This document shows, one piece after another, positions 25,807 to 34,977 of a stretch of 64,000 nt of DNA. The notes beneath the pieces were generated by a model that saw nothing but the letters and a program-made list of their open reading frames with translations, was not told the origin of the DNA and did no database searches. The number at the start of each line of letters is the position of its first letter. Position 1 is the stretch's first letter. This stretch comes from a virus: IMG/VR virus record IMGVR_UViG_3300045988_128894, positions 24,731 through 88,730 of that record; one strand, given 5' to 3'. Made by a program: the position numbers and the translations under genes.

Positions 25807-27261
25807 ATGGAAGTATTTGCGAGATTGATGGTTCTAAGATTGAACCTGTCTCGTGTATCACTGGTGGTTCACCTTGTTAGCCAAGATCTTTCTATTGCCG
25901 GTAAGCGGGCAGGTTTGGCTGGAGAACGGTCTGGTCTATTTATGGAAATGATTCGTGTGATAAAAGAAATGAGGGATACCACCAATGGAGAATATCCAAA
26001 ATTTGCAATCTGGGAAAATGTTAGAGGAGCACTCTCCTCAAACAACGGAGAAGACTTCCGATGTGTCTTGGAAGAATTTGCACACATCGTCGAAGCAGAC
26101 GCTACAATTCCTAAACCTTCGGAAAAAGGTGGAAAATGGTCTAAATCCGGCGCAATTTCCGGTAATGGATGGTCTTTGGCATGGAGACTCTTCGATGCTC
26201 AATACTGGGGAGTGCCCCAACGTCGTCAAAGAATCGCGCTTGTCATGGATTTTGGAGGACAACGTGCCGCAAAGATATTATTTGAGCGCACGGGCGTGCC
26301 AGGGAATTCTGACGAGAGCATCCCGACGTGGCAAGGTGCTGCCAGAATTGCTGAAAAATGCATTGTTGGAAATGATCGAGTGGTGGGAGAAAAAAGCTTT
26401 TGTATCGTCGGAAACATGATTGACAGAGAAACCAACATGAATGGGACTGGTGTAAAAGAAGATACTGCTTTCACTATAAACACTATTGACCGTAATGCTG
26501 TTGCCTACACTTTAAAGATTCGTTCAGGATGCGAAGGTGGTGGCAAAGGCGCACTGGTACAAATCGAGAAGAGCGCAACGCTTTCTACATTGCAAGATCA
26601 AACGTTAATTTGCTTGGCAGACAACACCTCTTTACATAATTCAAAACAAAAGATTTCGCCGGTGGTGTTTGAGAGTCACAGTCAGGATGCTCGATACACT
26701 CAACAGGGCGACACAAGTCCGGCTTGTACGGCTCAATGGGGGACTGGTGGCAATAATATGCCGCTTGTTGCTGAAAAGAAAACCTTTGCAATGCAACGCA
26801 TTGGTGAATACAAGGAAAGTGAACAAGCTAGTACGATGAAATCTCGTGACTACAAGGATGCTACTGACTTGATTGCAGAGAAGGAAACGAAGAATCTGCA
26901 ATGGATTGTTCGTCGCCTGACTCCTGTCGAGTGTGAACGACTTCAAGGGTTCCCTGATGGATGGACTGATATTGGCGAGTGGGTTGATGAGAATGGTAAA
27001 AAGCACAAACCAGCTGATTCTCCTCGTTACAAGGCGCTCGGCAATTCGATTGCATTGCCTCAGTGGTATTGGATTTTCCAGAAAATGAAGCCGTATATCG
27101 GTGAGAATCCTACGCTTGGCAGTCTTTTTGATGGAATCGGTGGCTTTCCGCTTGTCTTTGAAAGTACGTATGGTGATGGTACTGCTATCTGGGGATCTGA
27201 AATTGAACCGTTCTGCGTTGCAGTAACTAAGAAGCATTTTCCAGAAAAGCAAGGAGGATAA
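25807..27261 (+). CDS. C5-cytosine DNA methyltransferase with permuted/scrambled motif order and disrupted PCQ motif (probably non-functional as annotated)
   Basis: ORF contains motif IV tail QDLSIAGKRAG, motif VI FAIWENV, motif VIII QYWGVPQRRQR, motif IX RLTPVECERLQGFPDGW, motif X LGNSIALP and then motif I LFDGIGGFPL at its C-terminus; GGSPC of motif IV lies upstream (25863-25877) in another frame and is followed by TAG. Confidence 0.55.
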   Translation: MEVFARLMVLRLNLSRVSLVVHLVSQDLSIAGKRAGLAGERSGLFMEMIRVIKEMRDTTNGEYPKFAIWENVRGALSSNNGEDFRCVLEEFAHIVEADATIPKPSEKGGKWSKSGAISGNGWSLAWRLFDAQYWGVPQRRQRIALVMDFGGQRAAKILFERTGVPGNSDESIPTWQGAARIAEKCIVGNDRVVGEKSFCIVGNMIDRETNMNGTGVKEDTAFTINTIDRNAVAYTLKIRSGCEGGGKGALVQIEKSATLSTLQDQTLICLADNTSLHNSKQKISPVVFESHSQDARYTQQGDTSPACTAQWGTGGNNMPLVAEKKTFAMQRIGEYKESEQASTMKSRDYKDATDLIAEKETKNLQWIVRRLTPVECERLQGFPDGWTDIGEWVDENGKKHKPADSPRYKALGNSIALPQWYWIFQKMKPYIGENPTLGSLFDGIGGFPLVFESTYGDGTAIWGSEIEPFCVAVTKKHFPEKQGG

Positions 27262-27262
27262 T

Positions 27263-27805
27263 TTGCCAGAAAATAAAGGATATTTAACAGCTGACCGATC
27301 TGCGGTAGGCGATGAGCGATACACACCGGTTTACGCGGTTATTCCATTGCTTGAATTTGCCCCCCCGTCGAGTAAAACAGTGATTTGGTGTCCGTTTGAT
27401 AAAGAGTGGTCTGCCTTTGTGCAGGTGTTCAGAAATGCTGGATATAAAGTAGAATATAGCCACATTGATAACGGACAAGATTTCTTTACATACGAACCGG
27501 AATATTGGGATATTATGATTTCAAACCCTCCTTTTAGTAGGAAGGATGAAGTATTGCGTAGAGCCTATGAGCTTAAAAAGCCGTTTGCTCTACTACTTCC
27601 TGCAAATAGTATTCAGGGTAAGACACGATTTGACATCTTCAAAAATGATGTACAGATGCTGTGTTTTGATTCTCGAATCGGATTTATGGACCCTGAACAT
27701 ACTGACAGCCCTGTTGAGGGAGTTTCGTTTGGAAGTGCGTACTTCTGTAGAAATTTTCTTCCCAGTAAGTTAGAGTTGCGGAAACTCGATAAGAAAATCT
27801 CATAA
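27263..27805 (+). CDS. putative DNA N6-adenine methyltransferase (phage Dam-like, NPPF motif), TTG start
   Basis: YTPVYAVIPLLEF...WCPFDKE...DIMISNPPFS; AAGGAGG RBS 5 nt before TTG. Confidence 0.5.
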   Translation: MPENKGYLTADRSAVGDERYTPVYAVIPLLEFAPPSSKTVIWCPFDKEWSAFVQVFRNAGYKVEYSHIDNGQDFFTYEPEYWDIMISNPPFSRKDEVLRRAYELKKPFALLLPANSIQGKTRFDIFKNDVQMLCFDSRIGFMDPEHTDSPVEGVSFGSAYFCRNFLPSKLELRKLDKKIS

Positions 27806-27830
27806 AAGGCTAATTTTTGTAAGAGGTGAC

Positions 27831-28064
27831 ATGATGAACAGCAAAATTCCTATCAATGTAACCATTGATTCCGGTTCTTTGAGCCTTCCAGCAAGTCCTA
27901 TCTTCCAAAAGGAAAAGAGCACATATCTTTGTCCGTTTTGTGTGACGAAGTTGGAGAAGCTTGAACCGAAATGTCCAGAGTGTCAACATAAAATGGATTG
28001 GAGCGTGTGGATGGATAAGAATGCAAAGTACAATTATGCATTTGCTGAAAGTGGTGTGTTATGA
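27831..28064 (+). CDS. small zinc-ribbon protein
   Basis: CPFC...CPEC...MDW; GAGGTG RBS. Confidence 0.5.
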   Translation: MMNSKIPINVTIDSGSLSLPASPIFQKEKSTYLCPFCVTKLEKLEPKCPECQHKMDWSVWMDKNAKYNYAFAESGVL

Positions 28065-28435
28065 AAGATTGGATGCACGCAAAGAAAAAAGAGATTGAGA
28101 ATATGACTTTTGACCAAGCGAAGGAAATTGTAGAGAAACAAATTCGTCTTGGTAAAGAAGGAGGCCAGTGGTGCCCTCGTGAGCATTTAGTAAAGGCTCT
28201 CGAAATTATTCTTTCAAAAGCTGAACTTTATGAGTTTAGAACAGATTACAAAGAGCCTCTTCTCGATGACGTTTGTAAACGTTATGAGTGCCCGGTTTGT
28301 TATTACACACTATCAAATCTTGATAACCTCTGTCCACGTTGCGGACAATTACTTGATTGGCGATTTGTAAGGCATTGGGAGAGAACGATTCGTCTCACAC
28401 TTGAAAGACTGCAGAAGGGGGAGGTGCAGAGTTGA
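28061..28435 (+). CDS. zinc-ribbon protein (paralogous C-terminus CPVC...CPRC...LDW)
   Basis: ATGA overlap. Confidence 0.5.
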   Translation: MKDWMHAKKKEIENMTFDQAKEIVEKQIRLGKEGGQWCPREHLVKALEIILSKAELYEFRTDYKEPLLDDVCKRYECPVCYYTLSNLDNLCPRCGQLLDWRFVRHWERTIRLTLERLQKGEVQS

Positions 28436-28710
28436 ATATAGATTTCTTCCAACGGCGCAAGACACAGCTTGAAGATACGCTTCTTTTGAAAAATCAGGCC
28501 GTCGATATGCTTGATTATCTAAAGACGCACTGTATCAGCAATGACCAATATTGTGCCATTCGAGACTACATTGAAGAAGCTGCCAAGATTCTGGAGAGTG
28601 ACCTCGAATATGCAAACAACAAGCTACAGTCCGTATTCAGACCTAAGTATGGCCGGAATAACAGACTGACTCGTGCTCAATCTAAGATGTTCCGTGATAG
28701 AGAATATTAA
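28432..28710 (+). CDS. hypothetical protein (TTG start)
   Basis: GGGGGAGGTG RBS then TTG. Confidence 0.45.
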   Translation: MNIDFFQRRKTQLEDTLLLKNQAVDMLDYLKTHCISNDQYCAIRDYIEEAAKILESDLEYANNKLQSVFRPKYGRNNRLTRAQSKMFRDREY

Positions 28711-28727
28711 AAATGGGGTGATACCGT

Positions 28728-28940
28728 ATGAACACATGTAAGAAAATATGTAACTGGTGTGGTCGTGAAATCAAGCCGATAGGTAGCGAGCAGGGAATCA
28801 GTTTTGAGCATCAATACTCTTATGGTAGCCAACTTGATGGTTCGCTTTTGAGTTTTGATTTGTGTCCTGAGTGTTCAGAACGGCTCCCAGTAGTGCTCGG
28901 CGCGATGTTTTTACATAATCCCTTAAAGGACGATTTCTAA
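28728..28940 (+). CDS. small zinc-ribbon protein
   Basis: CNWCG...CPEC. Confidence 0.5.
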   Translation: MNTCKKICNWCGREIKPIGSEQGISFEHQYSYGSQLDGSLLSFDLCPECSERLPVVLGAMFLHNPLKDDF

Positions 28941-29086
28941 CGGCAAAAGCCGTATGAAAATATAAGCCATCAATAAGCCAGACGGAGGACAATATATAGA
29001 ATGAATAGTGCATGAATTGACTCGAGACAATAAAAAGAAACATAAGTGATTACCGATGAAACAAAATTACATAAAGGAGACTTGAT

Positions 29087-30190
29087 ATGGCAGATAGAAT
29101 TTTTAATCTTCCTCAGACCCGTGGTTCTTTTGAGATGGCTGGTAAGGTCACCGGCACCCAGCGTAGTAACTTCTATAACGAGAAGGAGACTAAGAGTGGT
29201 GCTATGCGCCGTGTCCTGAGCTTTGGCGTTCAGACTTCCAATGAAAACACTTTCTATGTTGATCTGGCTGGTATGCCTCGTGATAAGGTTTACTTCTTCC
29301 GCCGTGCCGATAAGGACAAGGGCATCGAGAAGGATAAGAAGGAAGTTGCTTGGAAGGATCGTCTGACTTATGTTGCACCGGAAGGCTATGATATGATTGG
29401 CGTCAAGGTCGGTGTTACCAAGAAGACGAATGAGTCTGGTAAGGTCGTCAATGATAACAAGACTCTGACCGATTTTGATGCAGCTAAGGAGATTTCCGAG
29501 AATCTGCATGACGGTGACAACGTGTATGTCCGTGGTAACATCGAGTACAGCACTTACAACGATAAGCACCAGATTCGATTTGTTCCTACTCAGGTTTCTC
29601 TGAGTTCTAAGGAAATCGACTTCGATGCAGAGGACTTTGAAGAGCTGGCTCTGTTCACTCAGACCATTGTGTACACTAGTTGCCGTAAGAGCGATGAGGA
29701 CGATGAAGTAGTTGTCGATGCAAAGATCGTGAATTACAACACCATCGAGGATGCAGAGTTCTTCATTGACTATAAGGCAAACACTCAGAATAAGGTTCTG
29801 GCTGATTCTATTCGCAAGCGTCTGAAGCCCTACACCAGTTTCGAGTGCTTTGGTCCCATCGTTAATCAGCAGAAAGTTGAGGAAGTTGAGACTGAGAATA
29901 TCTGGGGTGGTCCTAACAAGATGAAGCGTCAGGGCACTCCGGCAGTTCGCAAGCTGTATATCGAGGGTGTTAATCCTGATTCCTTTGATCCGAATCCTGG
30001 TGATAAGGATGCGGAGCCCACTTACACTGAGGACAATATCTCTGAGGCACGGGCAAAAATTGCTGCCAACGCTCAGGCAAAGAAGGACTTCGACGGCAAG
30101 GCTGCTGAGAACGACACTTCTTGGTGGGGTGGTTCTAACAAGTCTACTGCAACTCCTGTAAACGAGGAAGAGGATGACTGGGGAGTGTAA
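29087..30190 (+). CDS. hypothetical protein with acidic C-terminal tail (possible ssDNA-binding partner of Sak4)
   Basis: AAAGGAGA RBS; 367 aa; ends EEEDDWGV; position upstream of Sak4-like ATPase. Confidence 0.5.
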   Translation: MADRIFNLPQTRGSFEMAGKVTGTQRSNFYNEKETKSGAMRRVLSFGVQTSNENTFYVDLAGMPRDKVYFFRRADKDKGIEKDKKEVAWKDRLTYVAPEGYDMIGVKVGVTKKTNESGKVVNDNKTLTDFDAAKEISENLHDGDNVYVRGNIEYSTYNDKHQIRFVPTQVSLSSKEIDFDAEDFEELALFTQTIVYTSCRKSDEDDEVVVDAKIVNYNTIEDAEFFIDYKANTQNKVLADSIRKRLKPYTSFECFGPIVNQQKVEEVETENIWGGPNKMKRQGTPAVRKLYIEGVNPDSFDPNPGDKDAEPTYTEDNISEARAKIAANAQAKKDFDGKAAENDTSWWGGSNKSTATPVNEEEDDWGV

Positions 30191-30200
30191 TTTTTAGTCT

Positions 30201-30221
30201 TAGCTAAGTAATACAGGATAC
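30201..30221 (+). promoter_or_regulatory. 21-bp motif copy TAGCTAAGTAATACAGGATAC (direct)
   Basis: followed by ATAAGGAG RBS and ATG 30237. Confidence 0.4.
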
Positions 30222-30236
30222 ATAAGGAGTTTAGTT

Positions 30237-30530
30237 ATGCAGAATACTCTTGAGTATACCGCTTATAATGGTATGAAATTTTACATTGTCTATATCGAAG
30301 CGCTTGAAAAGGAACCTGAAGAAGACTCTCCGATGATGTCTATTGTGTTTACTACGCATCCTGAGATTATTGCAGAAGCTAAAGCCGACGCGGAATGCAA
30401 TGGTGGTGCTGTTCCGGTAGGGTGTAAAGACCTTCTGGTTGATAGTGTGGATAACATCACCCGTCAGTTGGATTATGTTGCTCATGCAGTTGAAACGGGT
30501 GATCCGTGGTATGAGTGTTTGAAAGTTTAA
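30237..30530 (+). CDS. hypothetical protein
   Basis: AAGGAG RBS. Confidence 0.5.
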   Translation: MQNTLEYTAYNGMKFYIVYIEALEKEPEEDSPMMSIVFTTHPEIIAEAKADAECNGGAVPVGCKDLLVDSVDNITRQLDYVAHAVETGDPWYECLKV

Positions 30531-30563
30531 TAAAAGAAAAGATTTAGAGAGGAATTTACATAT

Positions 30564-31712
30564 ATGGCTATGATTCGTAAGGCATCTGCTGTTCGTAAGA
30601 AGCTTCATATGCTGATTTATGGTGAACAGGGAACTGGTAAATCTCGTACTGCTATGCAGCTGTGCTATCTGAAGAATGCAGACGGTAAGCCATTCCGTGT
30701 TCTGTATTTGGATACCGAGAATGGTTCTATTGATAATTACACCGAGGAACTGGAAGCTAATGGTGTGAATCCTGACAATCTGTTGATTGTTTACACCCAG
30801 TCTCTGGCAGAAGTTCAGGATTATATCAAAATGGTTACCAACGATGAGGACATCGAGGATGAGAATGGAGATGTTTATCTGGACGCAAATGGCAAGCCGT
30901 TCCGTGCAGACGCTTTGGTTGTTGACTCTGCATCTATTCTCAAGATGACAGCCACTCAGGGGCTCACCGCCTTCTCGCAGAAGCGTGCCAAGGTTAAGGC
31001 CGCATCTCAGGGTCTGACTGGTGATGAAAAGGCAGTTAAGATTGAGGGTGCTGGCATGGAGCTCAAGGATTTCAATACCCTGAACTTCAAGGGTCAGTCT
31101 CTGATTTTGGATCTGAATGCATCTGGTGTGAACTACATCGTTGTTTGCCGAGAGAAGGACGAGAAGCATACTAAGGTTGTGAATGGTTCTATCGTAAGTG
31201 AGCCTACTGGTCGTAAGATTCCTGATGGGTTTGCTGGTCAGGAGTATAACGTTGATACGGAGTTCCGTCTGTATTTCCAAGATGGTCAGCAGCTCGCTTT
31301 CTTTGATAAGGATCGTACTGGTATGCACAAGGGCGGTGAGGTTGTCGAGGATCTGACCCTGCTTGAGTATCAGGATATTATTTCTAGCAGTGCAAAGAAT
31401 CGAGAGAACATTATCAAAAACGGTCTGAATGATGCTGTTAAAACTGAGGTTAAGTTGAGTATGCGTGACCTTGGCATCGAAAATGATGAGACGGATGATG
31501 TTCCAGTGCACAAGAATTCTGAATCTAAGGAACCTTCCATGGATGACATCAAGAAAAAGCTGAACGACCTGGTTGCCGCAGCTTCTCCTGTAAAGAGCAG
31601 TGCCGCACAAAAGGCTGTGCGGGCAGCAGGTCTGTCTACTGCGTTCCGTTCTATGACTGATATCGAGGAACTGAAGAAGGTTGCCGCAATCATGGAGAAG
31701 GAACTGGCTTAA
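30564..31712 (+). CDS. Sak4-like RecA-family ssDNA-annealing ATPase (AAA_24)
   Basis: LIYGEQGTGKSRTA Walker A followed by VLYLDTENG, typical of phage Sak4/AAA_24 recombination ATPases. Confidence 0.65.
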   Translation: MAMIRKASAVRKKLHMLIYGEQGTGKSRTAMQLCYLKNADGKPFRVLYLDTENGSIDNYTEELEANGVNPDNLLIVYTQSLAEVQDYIKMVTNDEDIEDENGDVYLDANGKPFRADALVVDSASILKMTATQGLTAFSQKRAKVKAASQGLTGDEKAVKIEGAGMELKDFNTLNFKGQSLILDLNASGVNYIVVCREKDEKHTKVVNGSIVSEPTGRKIPDGFAGQEYNVDTEFRLYFQDGQQLAFFDKDRTGMHKGGEVVEDLTLLEYQDIISSSAKNRENIIKNGLNDAVKTEVKLSMRDLGIENDETDDVPVHKNSESKEPSMDDIKKKLNDLVAAASPVKSSAAQKAVRAAGLSTAFRSMTDIEELKKVAAIMEKELA

Positions 31713-32404
31713 TGGAACTTACCCGTAAATGTATGATTTGCGGGAAGAATATTTTCATCGAGCGAGACCGTAGCACGTTTTTCTACGACAAGACTGGTTT
31801 TTGTCATAAGGATTGTTTTGTAGAAAAAAAGAAAAATCAAAAACGCCCTTGGACAGATGACCTGCTAAGGGCATTTTTTGACAAAGCAAAACCCGCTACG
31901 GATAAAAAGGTCGATGATCTTCTTTCCAAAAAGAGAGAACAAGACCACAATCGTGAGCTTGCACATATCAAACAGGAAGAAAAAAAGATTCTTTTCGACC
32001 ATATTCGAGATACATACGCCCCGGCGGTTGTTCCTGGTAGCTTCTACTCGAAACTTACGCAGTTGATTTCCGGTAATTATTACAAATATAGAGGTTCTAT
32101 TCCTCCGCTAGAACTCTACGATATGTGGGTTCTAGCGAAACCCCGACTAGATAAGATAATTGCCGAGAAAGAAGCAAAGGGTTGCGATATGAGCCAGCGA
32201 TGGAATTACGACTTGGCTATTTTGCTGGCTCAATATCCTAGTTATCTCGAACGAAAAGAAAAACTAGCTTCGATTCGCAGTGAAAGCGAGGGCAAAACGA
32301 AGGAAAATTTGACTGAAACGGTACTGAAACGGATGAAAACAGCACCGAAACAGAGTAAAAACGAGAATGAAATCGATATAAGTGCAATTCTCGATGAGAT
32401 ATAA
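31712..32404 (+). CDS. hypothetical protein with N-terminal zinc finger (possible helicase-loader position)
   Basis: CMICG...CHKDC; immediately upstream of DnaB-like helicase. Confidence 0.45.
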   Translation: MELTRKCMICGKNIFIERDRSTFFYDKTGFCHKDCFVEKKKNQKRPWTDDLLRAFFDKAKPATDKKVDDLLSKKREQDHNRELAHIKQEEKKILFDHIRDTYAPAVVPGSFYSKLTQLISGNYYKYRGSIPPLELYDMWVLAKPRLDKIIAEKEAKGCDMSQRWNYDLAILLAQYPSYLERKEKLASIRSESEGKTKENLTETVLKRMKTAPKQSKNENEIDISAILDEI

Positions 32405-32421
32405 AAGAGGGAGGTGGATGA

Positions 32422-33945
32422 GTGGAACTCATTTCAAATATCCCGAACGAAATTCTATTTGTTGGCGCAATTTACAAGCATCCTGACTATTTGGTCGAGT
32501 ATGGGCATTATGTCAAGAGCAAGTACGATTTTGCCGATGAAGCAACAAAATTTTTCTACGATGCAGCGCTAATTATTTATGAAACTCGGACTCAAGAATT
32601 TAATAAAACATCTGTTTTAACGTTTATGGCTGAAGACGAGTCCAGATTGTCCCAATACAAGCGGCTGAAGGGCTGGTCAACCATTGAATACTACATAAGC
32701 CTTGCGAATGACGATGACATCAAGGGGTACTTCAATATCCTGAAGAAATATTCTCTACTTCGTGAGTACCAGAGAAACGGATTTAACATTGAGGGAATCT
32801 TGAAGCATCGACAGTTTGAAATGTTTGGTGCTCAGGACATTTACAAATTGATTCGTGGCAAGGCAGACAAGATCAATACGGTTATCATCACAAACGATGA
32901 TGCTGAGATTTTGAATAATGGTCTGCTGCCAATGGTTAATGAACGTCTGAGTGTTCCTGATATGGGCTTGCCGTTCCAGTATCCTATCATGAATGATTTG
33001 TTCCGAGGATTGAAGCTGGGCACTGTGATGTTCAATGGTATGCCATCTAACGCTGGCAAGACTAGATACATGATGGCGATTGTTGCCTACGTTACATTGG
33101 TTCAAAAGCAGAAAGCTCTTCTGCTGCTGAACGAAATGGATCTTGAATCAGTCCGGTATTGCTTACTGGTCACCGCCATCAATAATCCTGAGTTTCAAGA
33201 GTTGCATGGTCATCGTTTCCATAAGGATGAGCGAGAGATCACTCTTGGAATGTACCGGGATGCAAACGGAAATTTCATCTTCCGAAAGCAAAACGAAGAT
33301 GGAGAATACATAGAAAGCATTGATGAGTTTACCGCTCGTGTCTACGAAGAAAGCGAAGAGTACCGCAATGTGCTTGATGTTTGCCAGTGGATTGAAAGCG
33401 AGTCACAAGGCTTGATTATCGCAAAGGATGTTTCTGCTGATTATAGTGATAAGTCCCTGCGATTTGAAATCCAGAAGGCAGTTCTCACTCAGGGAGTTAA
33501 GTATGTGTTCTACGATACTCTAAAGAACGACATTGCTTCGATTGGTGAGTGGGCAGCATTCAAGGTGACAGCAACCGAGCTTGAAGAGATTGCGAAAAAT
33601 CTAAAGATCTTTATCTATGGTAGTATCCAGTTGGCCGAAAACGCTCATGAGTATCTTCCTGATGAGTTGAATTCAAACAACATTGCTGAGTCAAAAATGA
33701 TTAAGCATGTTGCTTGGACAATGGTTCTGTTCAAGGAGATTCCAAAAGATAAGTTCGTGAAGTATCAATACATCTCTCATGACCCTGAGTGGGGCGGTGA
33801 CTGTGCCCATCGGCTAAATCCAGATAAGCGGTATTACGTTGGAAACATCGATAAGAACCGCTTTGGTGAGAAAAAGAAAATCATGTTTGAAGTGAATTTG
33901 AACCGGAATGTCTGGAAAGAGGTCGGTGTCTGCACCAGAAAGTAA
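32422..33945 (+). CDS. DnaB-like replicative DNA helicase (GTG start)
   Basis: Walker A GMPSNAGKT; DnaB-like N-terminal region; 507 aa. Confidence 0.6.
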   Translation: MELISNIPNEILFVGAIYKHPDYLVEYGHYVKSKYDFADEATKFFYDAALIIYETRTQEFNKTSVLTFMAEDESRLSQYKRLKGWSTIEYYISLANDDDIKGYFNILKKYSLLREYQRNGFNIEGILKHRQFEMFGAQDIYKLIRGKADKINTVIITNDDAEILNNGLLPMVNERLSVPDMGLPFQYPIMNDLFRGLKLGTVMFNGMPSNAGKTRYMMAIVAYVTLVQKQKALLLLNEMDLESVRYCLLVTAINNPEFQELHGHRFHKDEREITLGMYRDANGNFIFRKQNEDGEYIESIDEFTARVYEESEEYRNVLDVCQWIESESQGLIIAKDVSADYSDKSLRFEIQKAVLTQGVKYVFYDTLKNDIASIGEWAAFKVTATELEEIAKNLKIFIYGSIQLAENAHEYLPDELNSNNIAESKMIKHVAWTMVLFKEIPKDKFVKYQYISHDPEWGGDCAHRLNPDKRYYVGNIDKNRFGEKKKIMFEVNLNRNVWKEVGVCTRK

Positions 33946-33954
33946 GGAACTACA

Positions 33955-34977
33955 ATGGTAAATATCGCAGATCTGAAAAATTACATTCTTGAAGAACAGC
34001 AGATTGAACCGATTCTGGAGGAACTTGGTTGTCATCATATCAGTCACAAGACTGGTTATTACCAGTGTACAAATCCAGATGGTGACAATAGAACGGCACT
34101 CTGTATCTACGAGAATGAAAATCTTACTGCGGTAGATTACACACGAGATATTGCCAATGGAAAGACCAGTTATGATTTGATTTCTGTCGTCCAGTTCTTT
34201 CTGGAACTGTCTTTCCCAAAAGCTATCAAGCAAATCTGCGAATGGGTTGGTCTTGACTACTATCACAACTTCGAGGAAGACCTTCCTAAAAGTATGTTGA
34301 TTCTAAAAGAGCTCATTGCCATGCAAAATGAAAGTGAAGAACACGAGGATGATCGTCCGATAGTCCCCATCTCCGAAGCCATCCTCGGTTATTACAAACC
34401 TTATGTGAACCAGATTTTTGCTGACGATGGGATATCTTATGAGACGCAGCAGGAGTTTGAAATTGGTTTTGATGAACTGACAAATAGAATCACGATTCCA
34501 ATCAGAGATGAAATTGGCACTCTGGTTGGTGTAAAGGGAAGATACTTTGGTAAGCCGCCTGAAGGCGAGATGAAGTACAAGTATATTGAGCCGTGTGCCA
34601 GAAACCGCATTCTATATGGTCTGTATAAGACAGAGCCGTATATCAAGAATGAAGGTCTGGTATATGTTGGTGAGGCCGAAAAGTCTGTCATGCAGATGTG
34701 GAACATGGATGTCTGCAACTGTGTGGCGACTGGCGGTAAGAAGGTTTCACAGAATCAAATTGAAATTTTAACACGTCTTTGCGTTGATATTTGTTTTGTC
34801 TTTGATAAAGACGTTCAGCTTAGTGAGCTTATGGTTCTTGCTAATCGATTTGTCGATGGCGTAAGTGTGTATGCTGTAGTAGATGATAAAGGGATTCTGG
34901 ATGAAAAGGAAGCCCCGACTGACAATCCCGAAAAATTTAAGGCATTGATTGAGAACTGCGTTAGGAGAATTAAATGA
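33955..34977 (+). CDS. DnaG-like DNA primase (zinc-binding + TOPRIM)
   Basis: CHHISHKTGYYQC zinc-binding region; TOPRIM-like VGEAEKSVM...FVFDKD. Confidence 0.55.
   Translation: MVNIADLKNYILEEQQIEPILEELGCHHISHKTGYYQCTNPDGDNRTALCIYENENLTAVDYTRDIANGKTSYDLISVVQFFLELSFPKAIKQICEWVGLDYYHNFEEDLPKSMLILKELIAMQNESEEHEDDRPIVPISEAILGYYKPYVNQIFADDGISYETQQEFEIGFDELTNRITIPIRDEIGTLVGVKGRYFGKPPEGEMKYKYIEPCARNRILYGLYKTEPYIKNEGLVYVGEAEKSVMQMWNMDVCNCVATGGKKVSQNQIEILTRLCVDICFVFDKDVQLSELMVLANRFVDGVSVYAVVDDKGILDEKEAPTDNPEKFKALIENCVRRIK

Noticed and set aside
25863-25884. Programmed +1 frameshift (prfB-like) at the PC-TAG-c site of the C5 methyltransferase
   Set aside because: The P-site codon TGT cannot re-pair in the +1 frame (GTT), and no upstream Shine-Dalgarno-like stimulator is spaced as in prfB. 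A 4-nt insertion or rearrangement scar is a simpler explanation.
29087-30190. Calling the 367-aa protein an SSB
   Set aside because: Only the acidic C-terminal tail and the position next to Sak4 support it. No OB-fold signature could be recognised by eye, so it is left as hypothetical.
30231-31610. Long minus-strand ORFs (e.g. 459 aa at 30231-31610, 270 aa at 12199-13011, 287 aa at 22464-23327, 205 aa at 5712-6329)
   Set aside because: They lie entirely antisense to well-supported + strand genes, have no RBS, and show low-complexity or biased composition. They are interpreted as shadow ORFs; no minus-strand gene is supported anywhere in the window.
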